Of a stretch of DNA of 64,000 nt, positions 18,849-27,697 are shown in pieces (the stretch's first letter is position 1; each line of letters starts with the position of its first letter). Origin of the DNA: a bacterium (lineage in GTDB: Bacteria; Myxococcota; UBA727; JAUIJE01). The notes under the pieces were generated by a model. That model had not been told where the DNA came from. It was given only the letters and a program-made list of their open reading frames with translations, and ran no database searches. The stretch covers positions 65,294 to 129,293 of the forward strand of contig JAUIJE010000002.1 of the NCBI GenBank assembly GCA_030431455.1, in the 5' to 3' direction. The translations under genes and the position numbers were made by a program.

Positions 18849-21236
18849 CTAGAGAAAGAGCGTGGCCCCGAGGCGCACCATGCGCGGCGAGCCCGCGTAC
18901 CAGTGCTGCACCGGGAGTTGGCTGCGCGGGGCGTCGGCCTGCCAGTGCGAGGCGAACATGCCCGCGCCCTCGGCGTACCGGGCGTCCAAGAGGTTGTCGA
19001 CCTCGAGCGACAGCTCCACGAGGGGGAGCCGGTAGCGCACAAAGGCATTGGTCACGGCCACCGCCGGCGCCACCGCTTGGTACCGGAGGGGGCGCGGCCC
19101 GAGCAGGCTGGTGGACAGGCCGGTGCGCAGGCCGGGCCAGAGGTCCATCGCCACCTGCACCGCCCCGCTCACCACCGGCACCCCCGGCACCGCGTCCCCG
19201 CGGTCGGTCCACACCGCGGCCAGGCTCTGGTCCTGCAACAGCCGCGCGTCGACCACCACCACGTTGCCGCTGGTCTCGAGCCAGGGCAGCGGCCGCAGGG
19301 CCGCGCGCGACTCCACCCCCAACCGCCGGCTCTGGCCCGCGACGGTGGTGGTGCGGGCCACGTGGTCGAACAACACCTCGCCCGCGTTGTACGTCGCGAA
19401 CCCGGCGAGCGCGGCCTCGACCCGCGCCCCGTCGTAGCGCACCCCCACCTCGGCCCCCTCGGTGCTGACCACGCCGGGGGTGCGCAGCAGCCACCACGTC
19501 GCCGGCTGGGGGGATGTCGCTTGGGGCGGGCGCACCCCGCGCCCGACGGCAAAGAAGCCGCGCAGCCCCGGCACCCCGAGGCGCACCGACCCGCTCACCC
19601 GCGGCGAGAGGGCCGCGTCCCACCCCGGCTTGTCCTCGCCGGCCGGGGCCTGGGAAAACAATGAAAAGGCATCCGCCCGCAGCCCGGCGGACAGCCGCCA
19701 CCACCGCTGCACGATGTCCAGGGACATTCCGGTGGCCGCGGCCCCGAACAGCTTTTGCCCCGCCGACACCGTCTGGTGCGCGAGCCCCTTGGCGTCCACC
19801 GCGTACACCGCCTGGTCGAGCCCGACCCCCCGCGCCTCGGCCACCCCGCGCAGCCGCACCCCGGGCCACAGCGAAAGCCGCGCGTGCCACCGGGTGCCCG
19901 CATCGAGGTGCACCTGGCGCTGGCGCTGCGCGTCCCCGAGCCCCGGGAAGCGGCTGTCTCCCGTGAAATTCTCAAGCAAAGTCATATACTTAGCGCCAGA
20001 CCAGGCGGTCCCTTGGGCGCGCACGGGCCCCTCGGCGATGCGCACCGAGGTGTCCACCAGCGCGCGGGCCACCCGGCCTTCGCCGGGGGCGTAGCTGTCG
20101 GTGAGCCCGATGCGCCCGGCCCGCACGTCGTCGAGCCGGACCGCGCCGGGCAGGGCAAACCGCGCCGCGTACAGGTGGGTGCCCACGTCGCCGGTCACGG
20201 CCCCGCGGCCGATCGCGGCCCGGCCGGTGCCGGTCACCCGCTGGGCCTGCCGCCCCTGGCCGAAGCCGGCCGAGGTCATGGCCTCGGCCGCGGCGTAGGT
20301 GCGCTCGTCCACCGCGGCGATGGCCAGGCCCCGGGCCCGGAGGGGGGCGCCCGCTTCGGTGGACAGCCGCAGCCCGGGCCCGGGCGCGGCCTCGCGAAAT
20401 CGTAATGTACCTGCATTGGCGAACGGGCCCTGGCCGAGGGCGAACGCGCCCTTTTGCACATCCACCGCCTGGACCAACTCGGGGATGATGAAGCCGAGGT
20501 CGAGGTAGCCGTGACCGTGCACGTGGCCGGGCTCGTTGAGGGGCACGTCCCCGAGGCGCACCTCGACGTCGCTGCCGTGGACCGCGTCGAACCCGCGCAG
20601 ATAGAGCTGCGGGCCTTTGCCCTCCGCCCCGTGCTGCACCAGCGTCACCCCCGGCACCCGGCGCAACAGGTCCTCGGCGCTCTTGGTGTTGGTGTCGCGC
20701 AATGTGTGTGCATCCAGGGTCTGGCCCGACGCGGTGGGCGACGGCGCGCGGCCGCGCACCACCGTGTCCAGGGCTGGCGGAGGCGGCGGCGGGGCCGCGG
20801 TCGGCGCCGGCGGGGGCGCGGGCGGGGTCTCGGTCTCGGGCGCGGGCGCGGGCGGGTCTTGGCCCGGGGGAGAATGAAAATGCACCGGCACTTGCAAACG
20901 CACGGCGATGGGCACGTCCCCCCGGCGCGCGGGAGCGAACACGGTGCCCTGCATGGCCGAGACCGCGGCGGTGTCGAAGGCGGGCCCCGCCGATTGCACG
21001 ACCTCGACCCCGGTCACCGCCCCGGTGGCGTCGAGGTCGACGAGCAGCTCGATGGCCACGTCGGTCTCGCGCGGCGGTTCGCCCGGGGGCCAGTCCAAGG
21101 GCGCGGCCTCGATGACCTCGGGGGGCGTGACCGCGCCGTCGCGGGGGGCGGCCACCGCTTGCGGGGTCGTGTCGTGCGCGCCCGCCGACAGCGGGGCGGA
21201 CAACAACAAGACCAAACAGGAAACGGTGCCGCCCAT
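18849..21236 (-). CDS. TonB-dependent outer-membrane receptor with N-terminal TonB C-terminal-like domain
   Basis: Signal peptide, TonB-C-like segment (IELLVDLDATGAVTGVEVVQSAGPAFDTAAVSAMQGTVFAPA), Pro-rich linker, plug domain (EDLLRRVPGVTLVQHGAEGKGPQLYLRGFD) and a beta-barrel ending ...RLGATLFL (terminal aromatic/hydrophobic). Confidence 0.8.
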   Translation of the reverse strand: MGGTVSCLVLLLSAPLSAGAHDTTPQAVAAPRDGAVTPPEVIEAAPLDWPPGEPPRETDVAIELLVDLDATGAVTGVEVVQSAGPAFDTAAVSAMQGTVFAPARRGDVPIAVRLQVPVHFHSPPGQDPPAPAPETETPPAPPPAPTAAPPPPPPALDTVVRGRAPSPTASGQTLDAHTLRDTNTKSAEDLLRRVPGVTLVQHGAEGKGPQLYLRGFDAVHGSDVEVRLGDVPLNEPGHVHGHGYLDLGFIIPELVQAVDVQKGAFALGQGPFANAGTLRFREAAPGPGLRLSTEAGAPLRARGLAIAAVDERTYAAAEAMTSAGFGQGRQAQRVTGTGRAAIGRGAVTGDVGTHLYAARFALPGAVRLDDVRAGRIGLTDSYAPGEGRVARALVDTSVRIAEGPVRAQGTAWSGAKYMTLLENFTGDSRFPGLGDAQRQRQVHLDAGTRWHARLSLWPGVRLRGVAEARGVGLDQAVYAVDAKGLAHQTVSAGQKLFGAAATGMSLDIVQRWWRLSAGLRADAFSLFSQAPAGEDKPGWDAALSPRVSGSVRLGVPGLRGFFAVGRGVRPPQATSPQPATWWLLRTPGVVSTEGAEVGVRYDGARVEAALAGFATYNAGEVLFDHVARTTTVAGQSRRLGVESRAALRPLPWLETSGNVVVVDARLLQDQSLAAVWTDRGDAVPGVPVVSGAVQVAMDLWPGLRTGLSTSLLGPRPLRYQAVAPAVAVTNAFVRYRLPLVELSLEVDNLLDARYAEGAGMFASHWQADAPRSQLPVQHWYAGSPRMVRLGATLFL

Positions 21237-21246
21237 CGGTGCCTCT

Positions 21247-22020
21247 TCAGTTGGTGTCGCAGTGGCCTTCGCCGTCGATGTGCCCGACGGTTTGGCTTTG
21301 GGCTTCGATGAAGGTCCAGAGGTCCTCGACGTCGGCGCTGCCCACCTGGTAGCGGGCCTCGTCGACGATCGAGAGCGCGCGCAGCTCCGTCTCGGTGATG
21401 GCGCCGTCAGCGTCGGTGTCGGCTTCGGCGATGAGGTCGAAGGCGACGTGGGGCTCTTCGCTGACGAGGTCGTCGTAGAAGAGGTGATCGGCGTGTACGG
21501 TGACCTGGCTTTCGCCGCGCGCGTCCACCGGGACCTCGGCGGTGGTCTCGCAGGCTTGGTAGGTGGTCTGCCGGGTCAAGCACCAGTCGAACGTCTTTTC
21601 GTCCCCGGCCTTGGTGGCATCGCCCACCACGTGCAACGCGCAGCCTTCGCCCTCCCCAATGTCATAGTCCAGGCTCGCGAGCATGCCCGCGGGCACCTCG
21701 CGCTCGCCCACGTCTTGTCCCGCCCCTTCGCTGGAGATGGTGAGGTCGTAGGTGGTCATGTCGTCGAGGCGGGCCAGCTCCTGTCCGGTGGCGTCCCGGC
21801 CCACCACCGCGCCGAGCCGCACGTCGAAGGTCGAGAAGCTCACCGCCCATCCGTCGACAAACTCTTCGGCCGCGATCCCGTCTTCGATGAACTCTTCGCC
21901 ATACACCGTCACCGCCCAGGTCCCGTTGCCGCCGCAGGCGGACAACAAGGCCAGACCAAACACAAGGGTTCCTCGGGCGGCGAGGCCGCGCATCTTCCGT
22001 TCCATATTCATTGTCTCCAT
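21247..22020 (-). CDS. lipoprotein with C-terminal EF-hand calcium-binding loop
   Basis: Possible starts are M at 22020, 22011, 22005 or 21993 (MRGLAARGTLVFGLALLSAC lipobox). Canonical EF loop DTDADGAITETE. Immediately upstream of the TBDR on the same strand. Confidence 0.55.
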   Translation of the reverse strand: METMNMERKMRGLAARGTLVFGLALLSACGGNGTWAVTVYGEEFIEDGIAAEEFVDGWAVSFSTFDVRLGAVVGRDATGQELARLDDMTTYDLTISSEGAGQDVGEREVPAGMLASLDYDIGEGEGCALHVVGDATKAGDEKTFDWCLTRQTTYQACETTAEVPVDARGESQVTVHADHLFYDDLVSEEPHVAFDLIAEADTDADGAITETELRALSIVDEARYQVGSADVEDLWTFIEAQSQTVGHIDGEGHCDTN

Positions 22021-22027
22021 CGCGCGT

Positions 22028-22831
22028 TTAGAGCTCGCCAGGGTCAAACGCGGACACCAGGTAATGATCGTGGCTCGACAGCCCGCGGCGCAGGCGGTTG
22101 TGCACCTCGTCGCCGGGCCGGATGTCGAGCTGGTCGCCCCCGGCGGCCTCGAGGAGCGCGCCGAAATCCACCCCGTCAAAGAAGGAGTCGCCCTCGAAGG
22201 GGTCTTGGGTCACAAACTGCACGCGAAAGCCGACCGCGGTCTCGTCGTCGAGCCGCACCGTCTCCGGCACCACCGGGGCACCGGCCAGGGCGGTGTCTTC
22301 GTCGAGATCGAGGGCGGCGGTGAACGTCACCGTGTCGTCGCCGCGCTGGGCCTCTCCGGCCAACCACGCGTGGTGGCCGTGCACCGGGTCATCCTCCGCC
22401 AACGCCTCGCCGCCGGCGGCGGCGAGCAAAAAGTCCACGCTGGTGACGTCGTCCACCACCGCGGTGGCCGTGCCCAGTGTCACTGGATCAGTGCTCGCGA
22501 AGTCGACCACGAAGTCGCCGCGCAGCTCGCCCACCACCGTGCCCCCCGCGCCGTGACCGGGGTGGGCGTAGGCGGACGGAATCAGGGCCTCGCTCACCCA
22601 CCGAAAGGACCGCTGCAAAAAGGCGTGCTTGTCTTCCCCGTTCTTGAGCAGGGGCTCGGCGAGCGTGACGCGGGCCACGTCGAGCCGCACCGTCCAGCCC
22701 AGATCTGTGTCCGCCGAGATCGGCCCTTCGCCCCCCGCGGCGAGCGGCACCTCGACCTGGGCCGCGTCGCCGCCGTCGCAGGCGGCCAACGAACACAGCG
22801 CAAAAAGCAGCAAGGTCTTGTTCATGACCAC
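22028..22831 (-). CDS. lipoprotein, hypothetical
   Basis: MNKTLLLFALCSLAACDGG lipobox; acidic, His-containing (HPGHGAGG, HGHHAW). First gene of the lipoprotein-lipoprotein-TBDR unit. Confidence 0.55.
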   Translation of the reverse strand: MVMNKTLLLFALCSLAACDGGDAAQVEVPLAAGGEGPISADTDLGWTVRLDVARVTLAEPLLKNGEDKHAFLQRSFRWVSEALIPSAYAHPGHGAGGTVVGELRGDFVVDFASTDPVTLGTATAVVDDVTSVDFLLAAAGGEALAEDDPVHGHHAWLAGEAQRGDDTVTFTAALDLDEDTALAGAPVVPETVRLDDETAVGFRVQFVTQDPFEGDSFFDGVDFGALLEAAGGDQLDIRPGDEVHNRLRRGLSSHDHYLVSAFDPGEL

Positions 22832-22901
22832 TCTACGTACCGGAGGCGAAGCCGGTTCGGGGATGCGTCATGATGTCGCAGGGCTGTGGTTGCGGACCCG
22901 C

Positions 22902-23441
22902 TCAGTCTTGGGGAATGGGCGTGCGCTGCAACTTGCGTTGCAGCGACCGCCGGTGCAGCCCGAGCCGGCGCGCGGCCTCCGAGATGTTGCCGCCGCAATC
23001 GTGCAACACCCGCTGGATGTGTTCGTACTCGACCCGGTCGAGCGAAGGCACCTTGGTCGGGTCGGTCGCGGGCGGCGGCGCGTCCCCGAACGCGGCCAGC
23101 AACTGATCGGCATCCACCGGCTTTTGCAGGTAGTGCACCGCCCCGCGCTTGGTCGCGTCCACCGCGGTGGCGATGCTGCCGTAGCCGGTGAGCATCACCA
23201 CCGCGAGGTCGGGGCACACCGCGCGCAGCTGTTCGATGACATCCAGGCCCGAGCCGGTGGGCATGCGCAGGTCCACCACCGCCCGGCCAGGGGCGTGGGC
23301 CTTCGCCAATGCCACTGCTTGTTCACCGCCGGGGGCGGTGAACACAACAAGGCCCCGATCGCGCAGGGCGCGGGCCAAGCGCTCGCGATAGCGCTCGTCG
23401 TCGTCCACCAACAGCAGGGTCCCGGCCCCGGGCTCAGACAC
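22902..23441 (-). CDS. response regulator, ActR/PrrA/RegA family (receiver plus Fis-type HTH)
   Basis: LLLVDDDERY...VVDLRMP receiver domain; C-terminal HTH EAARRLGLHRRSLQRKL. Confidence 0.85.
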   Translation of the reverse strand: MSEPGAGTLLLVDDDERYRERLARALRDRGLVVFTAPGGEQAVALAKAHAPGRAVVDLRMPTGSGLDVIEQLRAVCPDLAVVMLTGYGSIATAVDATKRGAVHYLQKPVDADQLLAAFGDAPPPATDPTKVPSLDRVEYEHIQRVLHDCGGNISEAARRLGLHRRSLQRKLQRTPIPQD

Positions 23442-24372
23442 GGTCCGCCTCCGGCCGGGGCACGCGCATCAACACCCGGGTGCCGGCCCCGGGCGACGAC
23501 TCGATGTCGAGGCTCCCGTCCAGGCGCTCGGCGAAGGACGCGGCCAGAAAGAGCCCGAGCCCCATGCCCGCGCGGCCGGCCGCGTCCCCGGGCTTGGTGG
23601 TGAAAAAGGGCTCACGGGCCCGGCTCAGCTCCGCGGCGGTCATGCCCCGGCCGGTGTCGGCCACGAGCAGGTCCGAGACCCCCGGGCCCCCGCCGAACAC
23701 CACCTGCACCGGGTCCGCGCCGTCGCTGGCCAGCAGCGCGTTGTCGACGAGGGCGGCCAACACCTGGGCGGTGGCCCGCGGCGGCACATGCCAGGCCGTG
23801 TCCGGCGCCTCGTGGGCGACCTGCACCCGCGCGCGTTGGGGCGGGGACAAATGGGCCAAGCCAGCCTCGACGAGTTGGTCTGCGCTCACCCAGCTGAGCC
23901 CCTCGCCAGCGAGCTCGCCCCCCTCGGCGGACAGCTGGTCGAGCACCGCCCGGCACCGCGCCACCTCCTCCTGAATCAGGCGGGCGTCGTCCTCGGCCGC
24001 GGCGTCCCCCCGTTGCGCGGCCGCGCGCAGCATCTCTTTGGCCGCGACGGAAATGGTGCCAAGCGGCGTGGCCAACTCGTGGGCCGCTCCCGCGGCGAAG
24101 CTCGTCAACGCCGCGATGCGCTCGGCCCGTTGGCGGCGCTCTTCTTCGGCCCGCAGCTCTTGTTCGCGGCGTTGCAGGCGGGCGGCGAGGCCCGCGACCA
24201 ACCACACCGCCACCGCCGCGGTGAACGCCTCGATGCCGTGCACCACCTCGTGCATGTGGGGCACGGCTTGGTTGGCGAGAGCGGCGGCGAACAAACAGAT
24301 CACGATCGCCGCCACCGGGTGACGCAACCACGCGGCGAGGCCGCGGCGGGGCGGGGCGGCGGGGTTCGCCAT
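23434..24372 (-). CDS. sensor histidine kinase (ActS/PrrB/RegB-like), 2 TM
   Basis: C-terminal 312 aa of ORF 23434..25257, from ATG 24372. H-box AAHELATPL; N, G1 and G2 boxes (DTGRGM, GMGLGL). Overlaps the RR start by 8 bp. Confidence 0.8.
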   Translation of the reverse strand: MANPAAPPRRGLAAWLRHPVAAIVICLFAAALANQAVPHMHEVVHGIEAFTAAVAVWLVAGLAARLQRREQELRAEEERRQRAERIAALTSFAAGAAHELATPLGTISVAAKEMLRAAAQRGDAAAEDDARLIQEEVARCRAVLDQLSAEGGELAGEGLSWVSADQLVEAGLAHLSPPQRARVQVAHEAPDTAWHVPPRATAQVLAALVDNALLASDGADPVQVVFGGGPGVSDLLVADTGRGMTAAELSRAREPFFTTKPGDAAGRAGMGLGLFLAASFAERLDGSLDIESSPGAGTRVLMRVPRPEADRV

Positions 24373-24422
24373 GCCGGTTGTGTACGAGGTGGACGGAGCG
24401 GGCACAACCGGTCCGGCCGCGC

Positions 24423-24959
24423 TCAGTCGAACACGAACCAGCACAGGTGGTTGCGCTTGTGCTGGTCGTCGAGCACCAGGTCGCGCACCGCCTCCGGGAG
24501 CTGCGCGCGTTGCCACGCGCACTCGCGCCGGCCGGCGTCGTCCGCTTCGGTCTCGTCCGCGCCGTCTTGCGCGGCCGCGGCCCGGGCCGCGCGGATCGCG
24601 TACGCGGCCGCGCCCAGGTCGTGCGCGGCCACGTGCGAGACCACCACCGCCTGGGACGCGCTCAGCCCCGCAAACTTGGCCGCCCCCGTGGTGGCCCGGG
24701 CGGCCTGGGCCGCGAACGATTGTTGCCGCGCGGCTTTCATGCCGAGCTCGCCCCGGCCCCAGGCCCGGGCCATCTCGACGGTGTGGCGCACGCGCTCGTC
24801 GCCGGGGTGGGCCGCCTCGTACAGCGGCACCACGTGGGCGGCGCAGTCCGCGGCCCACAGCGCCAACAGCCGGTGGTGCGCGTCGGTGAGCGTGCCCCCG
24901 CGGCGGATGGTGGTCAGCCGCGGGTCGCGCTCCTCGCTCAAAATCATGCGCCGGCCCAT
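24423..24959 (-). CDS. alpha-helical protein resembling the 'putative immunity protein' family common in actinobacteria
   Basis: TLTDAHHRLLALWAADCAAHVVPLYE...RHTVEMARAWGRGE...AAHDLGAAAYAIRAA matches my memory of that family. Start at M 24959 or 24947. No family search was possible. Confidence 0.45.
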   Translation of the reverse strand: MGRRMILSEERDPRLTTIRRGGTLTDAHHRLLALWAADCAAHVVPLYEAAHPGDERVRHTVEMARAWGRGELGMKAARQQSFAAQAARATTGAAKFAGLSASQAVVVSHVAAHDLGAAAYAIRAARAAAAQDGADETEADDAGRRECAWQRAQLPEAVRDLVLDDQHKRNHLCWFVFD

Positions 24960-25000
24960 GCCCGCCCCCTCGACGAGGGTGTAGCACGGCGCGGGCGCGT

Positions 25001-25621
25001 TCACAGCCCGAAGGTGACCAGGGCGACCAGGGCCGACAATGCCCCTGCACAAAGGAGCATCCACCCCGGCGGCCGGTGCGCGCCGTACAGCCGCCAAAAG
25101 GCGACCGCCCCGAGCCCAAACGCCCCCAGCAAGCACACGCACCAGAACAGGCACACGTCGAGGGTGGGCGGCCCCATCGCGTGGTTGAGGTCGTTTTCGC
25201 CCCGGGCGGACAGGTACGGCACCGCGTGCCAGAGGATGTCCCCCAATGGCACAGCATACCCCCACCAGAACAGGCCCGCGCCCACCACCGGGGGCCAGCG
25301 CCACAAGGACAGGCCGGCGGTGAGCGCCATCAGGCCCGCCCACAGCAAGGTGGGGCCGGCCGCGACCAGGGGCGAAAGCGCGGGGTCGGGGAGCAGGTAC
25401 TGGATGTGGCCGAGCGAGCCCTCGCCCGGCAGCACCGAAAAGGCCGTGACCGTGCCCCCGAGGGCCCAGACCATCGCCGCGTGGGCCAGCTCGTGCAAAA
25501 AGGTGACCCCCACCAGGGCCATCGGCGGGACGAGCAACAGGTGCACCGCGTGCAGGCGGAGCTGGGCCCAGGTTTGATCGAGGGGGGTGATGAGGGCGCG
25601 GGACCAGGTGGTGGTGTTCAT
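25001..25621 (-). CDS. integral membrane protein with HExxH motif (putative zinc metalloprotease, M50B-like)
   Basis: FLHELAHAAMVWALGG within a TM helix; 5-6 TM segments. Confidence 0.5.
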   Translation of the reverse strand: MNTTTWSRALITPLDQTWAQLRLHAVHLLLVPPMALVGVTFLHELAHAAMVWALGGTVTAFSVLPGEGSLGHIQYLLPDPALSPLVAAGPTLLWAGLMALTAGLSLWRWPPVVGAGLFWWGYAVPLGDILWHAVPYLSARGENDLNHAMGPPTLDVCLFWCVCLLGAFGLGAVAFWRLYGAHRPPGWMLLCAGALSALVALVTFGL

Positions 25622-25799
25622 GGGGGGAGCATGAGGCCGACGCGGCCGCGGTCAGGCCATTTTTGCTCCGAACGGTCGCAGGGCCCCCCTGGGCGGTCGG
25701 CGGGGGTCCCTGAAACCGTCTGATGTTTCGTTGAAACCGCGCGCGGGGCCCTTGCCGCCCAGGGCGCGTCAGTTAGACATGGGATGTTGGAGGTTCGTG

Positions 25800-26498
25800 A
25801 TGCCGTCTGCCACGCCGTCCCCGTTTGCCCGTGCCGCGGTGTGCGTCGACGACGCGCAGAACATGTTCAATGAATATGTGTCCTTTCTCGAACGGGCCCC
25901 GGACATCAAGATCGACCAGCTGAAGAGCGAAATGAGCCTGAACGAGCAGGTGCTCGACCGCATGTGGAAAGCCATCGAGACCGGCTACGGGCTGCTCGAA
26001 AAAGAGGGGCTGCGGTCCCGCGTCATCGAGGACGCCATCGCGCAGGTGAACCGCACCCGGCGGAGCGGGGTGGTGCTGGAGTTCGGGGGGCTGGCCAAGC
26101 TGGGCGCCGCGCAGGTGGGTCTCAACCTCGAGCCGGGGGTTCACCGCACGCCCCACCAACTCGAGGCGCCCAGCCGGGAGGCCATCGTCGCGCTGCGCGA
26201 CCTGCTCCCGCGGGAGCACCGGCGCCCGCCCCACGAGGCCGGGGCGTACACCTTCCAGGCCCAACGCGGCCTGTTCGATGGGGAGGCGGGCCGGGCCAAG
26301 CTCTTCGGGCTTTTGGGCCTGGTCGCCATCGTCGGGGCGGTGCTGCTGGGCGGCACCCTCGGCGGGGTCCTGGTGCTGGTCACCCCGGTGCTGCTGTTCC
26401 AGGCGGTCAAGGCCGCCTGGCGCCATGGTCAGTTCAAAAAGCGCCGCCGCGAACGTCTCCACTGGCCGGTGCCCGGTCGTCCCGGATCCCCGGCCTAG
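25800..26498 (+). CDS. hypothetical protein with C-terminal TM helix
   Basis: Strong GC3 bias; start taken at ATG 25800 (MPSATPSP...), with an alternative at 25731. No recognisable domain. Confidence 0.45.
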   Translation: MPSATPSPFARAAVCVDDAQNMFNEYVSFLERAPDIKIDQLKSEMSLNEQVLDRMWKAIETGYGLLEKEGLRSRVIEDAIAQVNRTRRSGVVLEFGGLAKLGAAQVGLNLEPGVHRTPHQLEAPSREAIVALRDLLPREHRRPPHEAGAYTFQAQRGLFDGEAGRAKLFGLLGLVAIVGAVLLGGTLGGVLVLVTPVLLFQAVKAAWRHGQFKKRRRERLHWPVPGRPGSPA

Positions 26499-26514
26499 GG
26501 GGGCATCGAGGCGC

Positions 26515-27114
26515 TCAGAAGCTCGAGCCCGGCTCCTTCAAGAACGCTTCTTCCTCGGGCGTGCTCTTGCGGCCCAGAATGTCATTGCGGTGCGGGAACC
26601 GTGAAAAGCGTTCGATGATGTCGCGGTGGCGCTTGGCGAACTCGACGTTTTGCATGAAGCGATCTTTTTGCCGCGGGCTGGCGGTGCGCACCATCTCTTC
26701 GAACAAGGCCACGCAGCGGTTCTGCAGGCGCAGCTGCTCGGCGTGCATCAACGGCATGTAGAAGAACACCCGTTGGTGGCCTTTGAGATACTGGTCGACG
26801 TCTTGGGACAGGCCCGCGAGCACCAGGTCCTGGCAGGTGCGGTCCATCGCGTACATCTTCTTGTCGTCGCGGAACATGTTGCGCGAGAACTGATCGAGCA
26901 CGATCACCACCGCCAAACGTCCGTGGGGGGTTTCGTTCCAGTCGTCGAGCTCGCCCTTGGCGATGTTCTCGTACACCTCCAAAAAGCGCTCACGGATCTC
27001 CGCGTCGAAGTCCGGGTCTTTTTTGAACCAGCGCTGGCTGGTCGCTTCATCGGCCAAGCCGTCGTCGTCCAGCTGGCCAAACCAAAACTCGAGGATCGCG
27101 TCGGGGGTGGGCAT
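26515..27114 (-). CDS. DUF924 family protein
   Basis: Start at ATG 27114 (MPTPDAILEFWFGQ...). Conserved DUF924 pattern RWFKKD...LDQFSRNMFR...YMPLMHAE. Confidence 0.7.
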   Translation of the reverse strand: MPTPDAILEFWFGQLDDDGLADEATSQRWFKKDPDFDAEIRERFLEVYENIAKGELDDWNETPHGRLAVVIVLDQFSRNMFRDDKKMYAMDRTCQDLVLAGLSQDVDQYLKGHQRVFFYMPLMHAEQLRLQNRCVALFEEMVRTASPRQKDRFMQNVEFAKRHRDIIERFSRFPHRNDILGRKSTPEEEAFLKEPGSSF

Positions 27115-27239
27115 CGTCACGTGGGCATTCTCCGGTGCGGCCGAACGGGCGCGGGGCGGACGCAAGGCGACGCAGGGCCAGCCTTGACTCGCAAAGGGCG
27201 GGGGCGGATCATGAACCATCTCCCGCAGGGGTCATTGTT

Positions 27240-27665
27240 ATGCGCCGTATCGCATTGTTGAGCCTGATTGTCGCGCCGCTGTTGTCCGCTTGTCCGGGCG
27301 ACCCCCCGCCCCTCGACGCGGGGTCCGCGGACGGGGGCGCCGACGCGGGCCGGGACGCGGGCCTGCCCGACGTCGATCCCGGCGCGCCCGACGCGGGGCT
27401 GGACGCGGGCTTGCCCGATGTCGATCCCGCGTTCGACGCGGGCCCCGATGCCGGCCTGGACGCGGGGTTCGACGCGGGCCTGGACGCCGGGTTCGACGCG
27501 GGGCTCGACGCCGGATTCGACGCGGGCCTCGACGCGGGGCTGGACGCGGGCCTCGATGCCGGGCTGCCCGATGTCGACCCCGGCCTGCCCGACGCGGGCC
27601 TGGACGCCGGGATCGACGCGGGCCTCGACGCCGGCGCGCCCGATGCGGCCGACAGCGGCACCTGA
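27240..27665 (+). CDS. lipoprotein made of DAG(L/F) repeats
   Basis: MRRIALLSLIVAPLLSACPGD lipobox, followed by about 25 copies of DAGxDAG(L/F) or DVDPG. Confidence 0.5.
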   Translation: MRRIALLSLIVAPLLSACPGDPPPLDAGSADGGADAGRDAGLPDVDPGAPDAGLDAGLPDVDPAFDAGPDAGLDAGFDAGLDAGFDAGLDAGFDAGLDAGLDAGLDAGLPDVDPGLPDAGLDAGIDAGLDAGAPDAADSGT

Positions 27666-27697
27666 CCGGCGCGCGCCGCCCCCGCGGGTCAAGACGG

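Noticed and set aside
16030-19890. 1286-aa minus-strand ORF
   Set aside because: Antisense of the DUF4401/GDYXXLXY membrane-protein gene; R/G/A/P-rich low-complexity translation typical of the wrong strand in 70% GC DNA.
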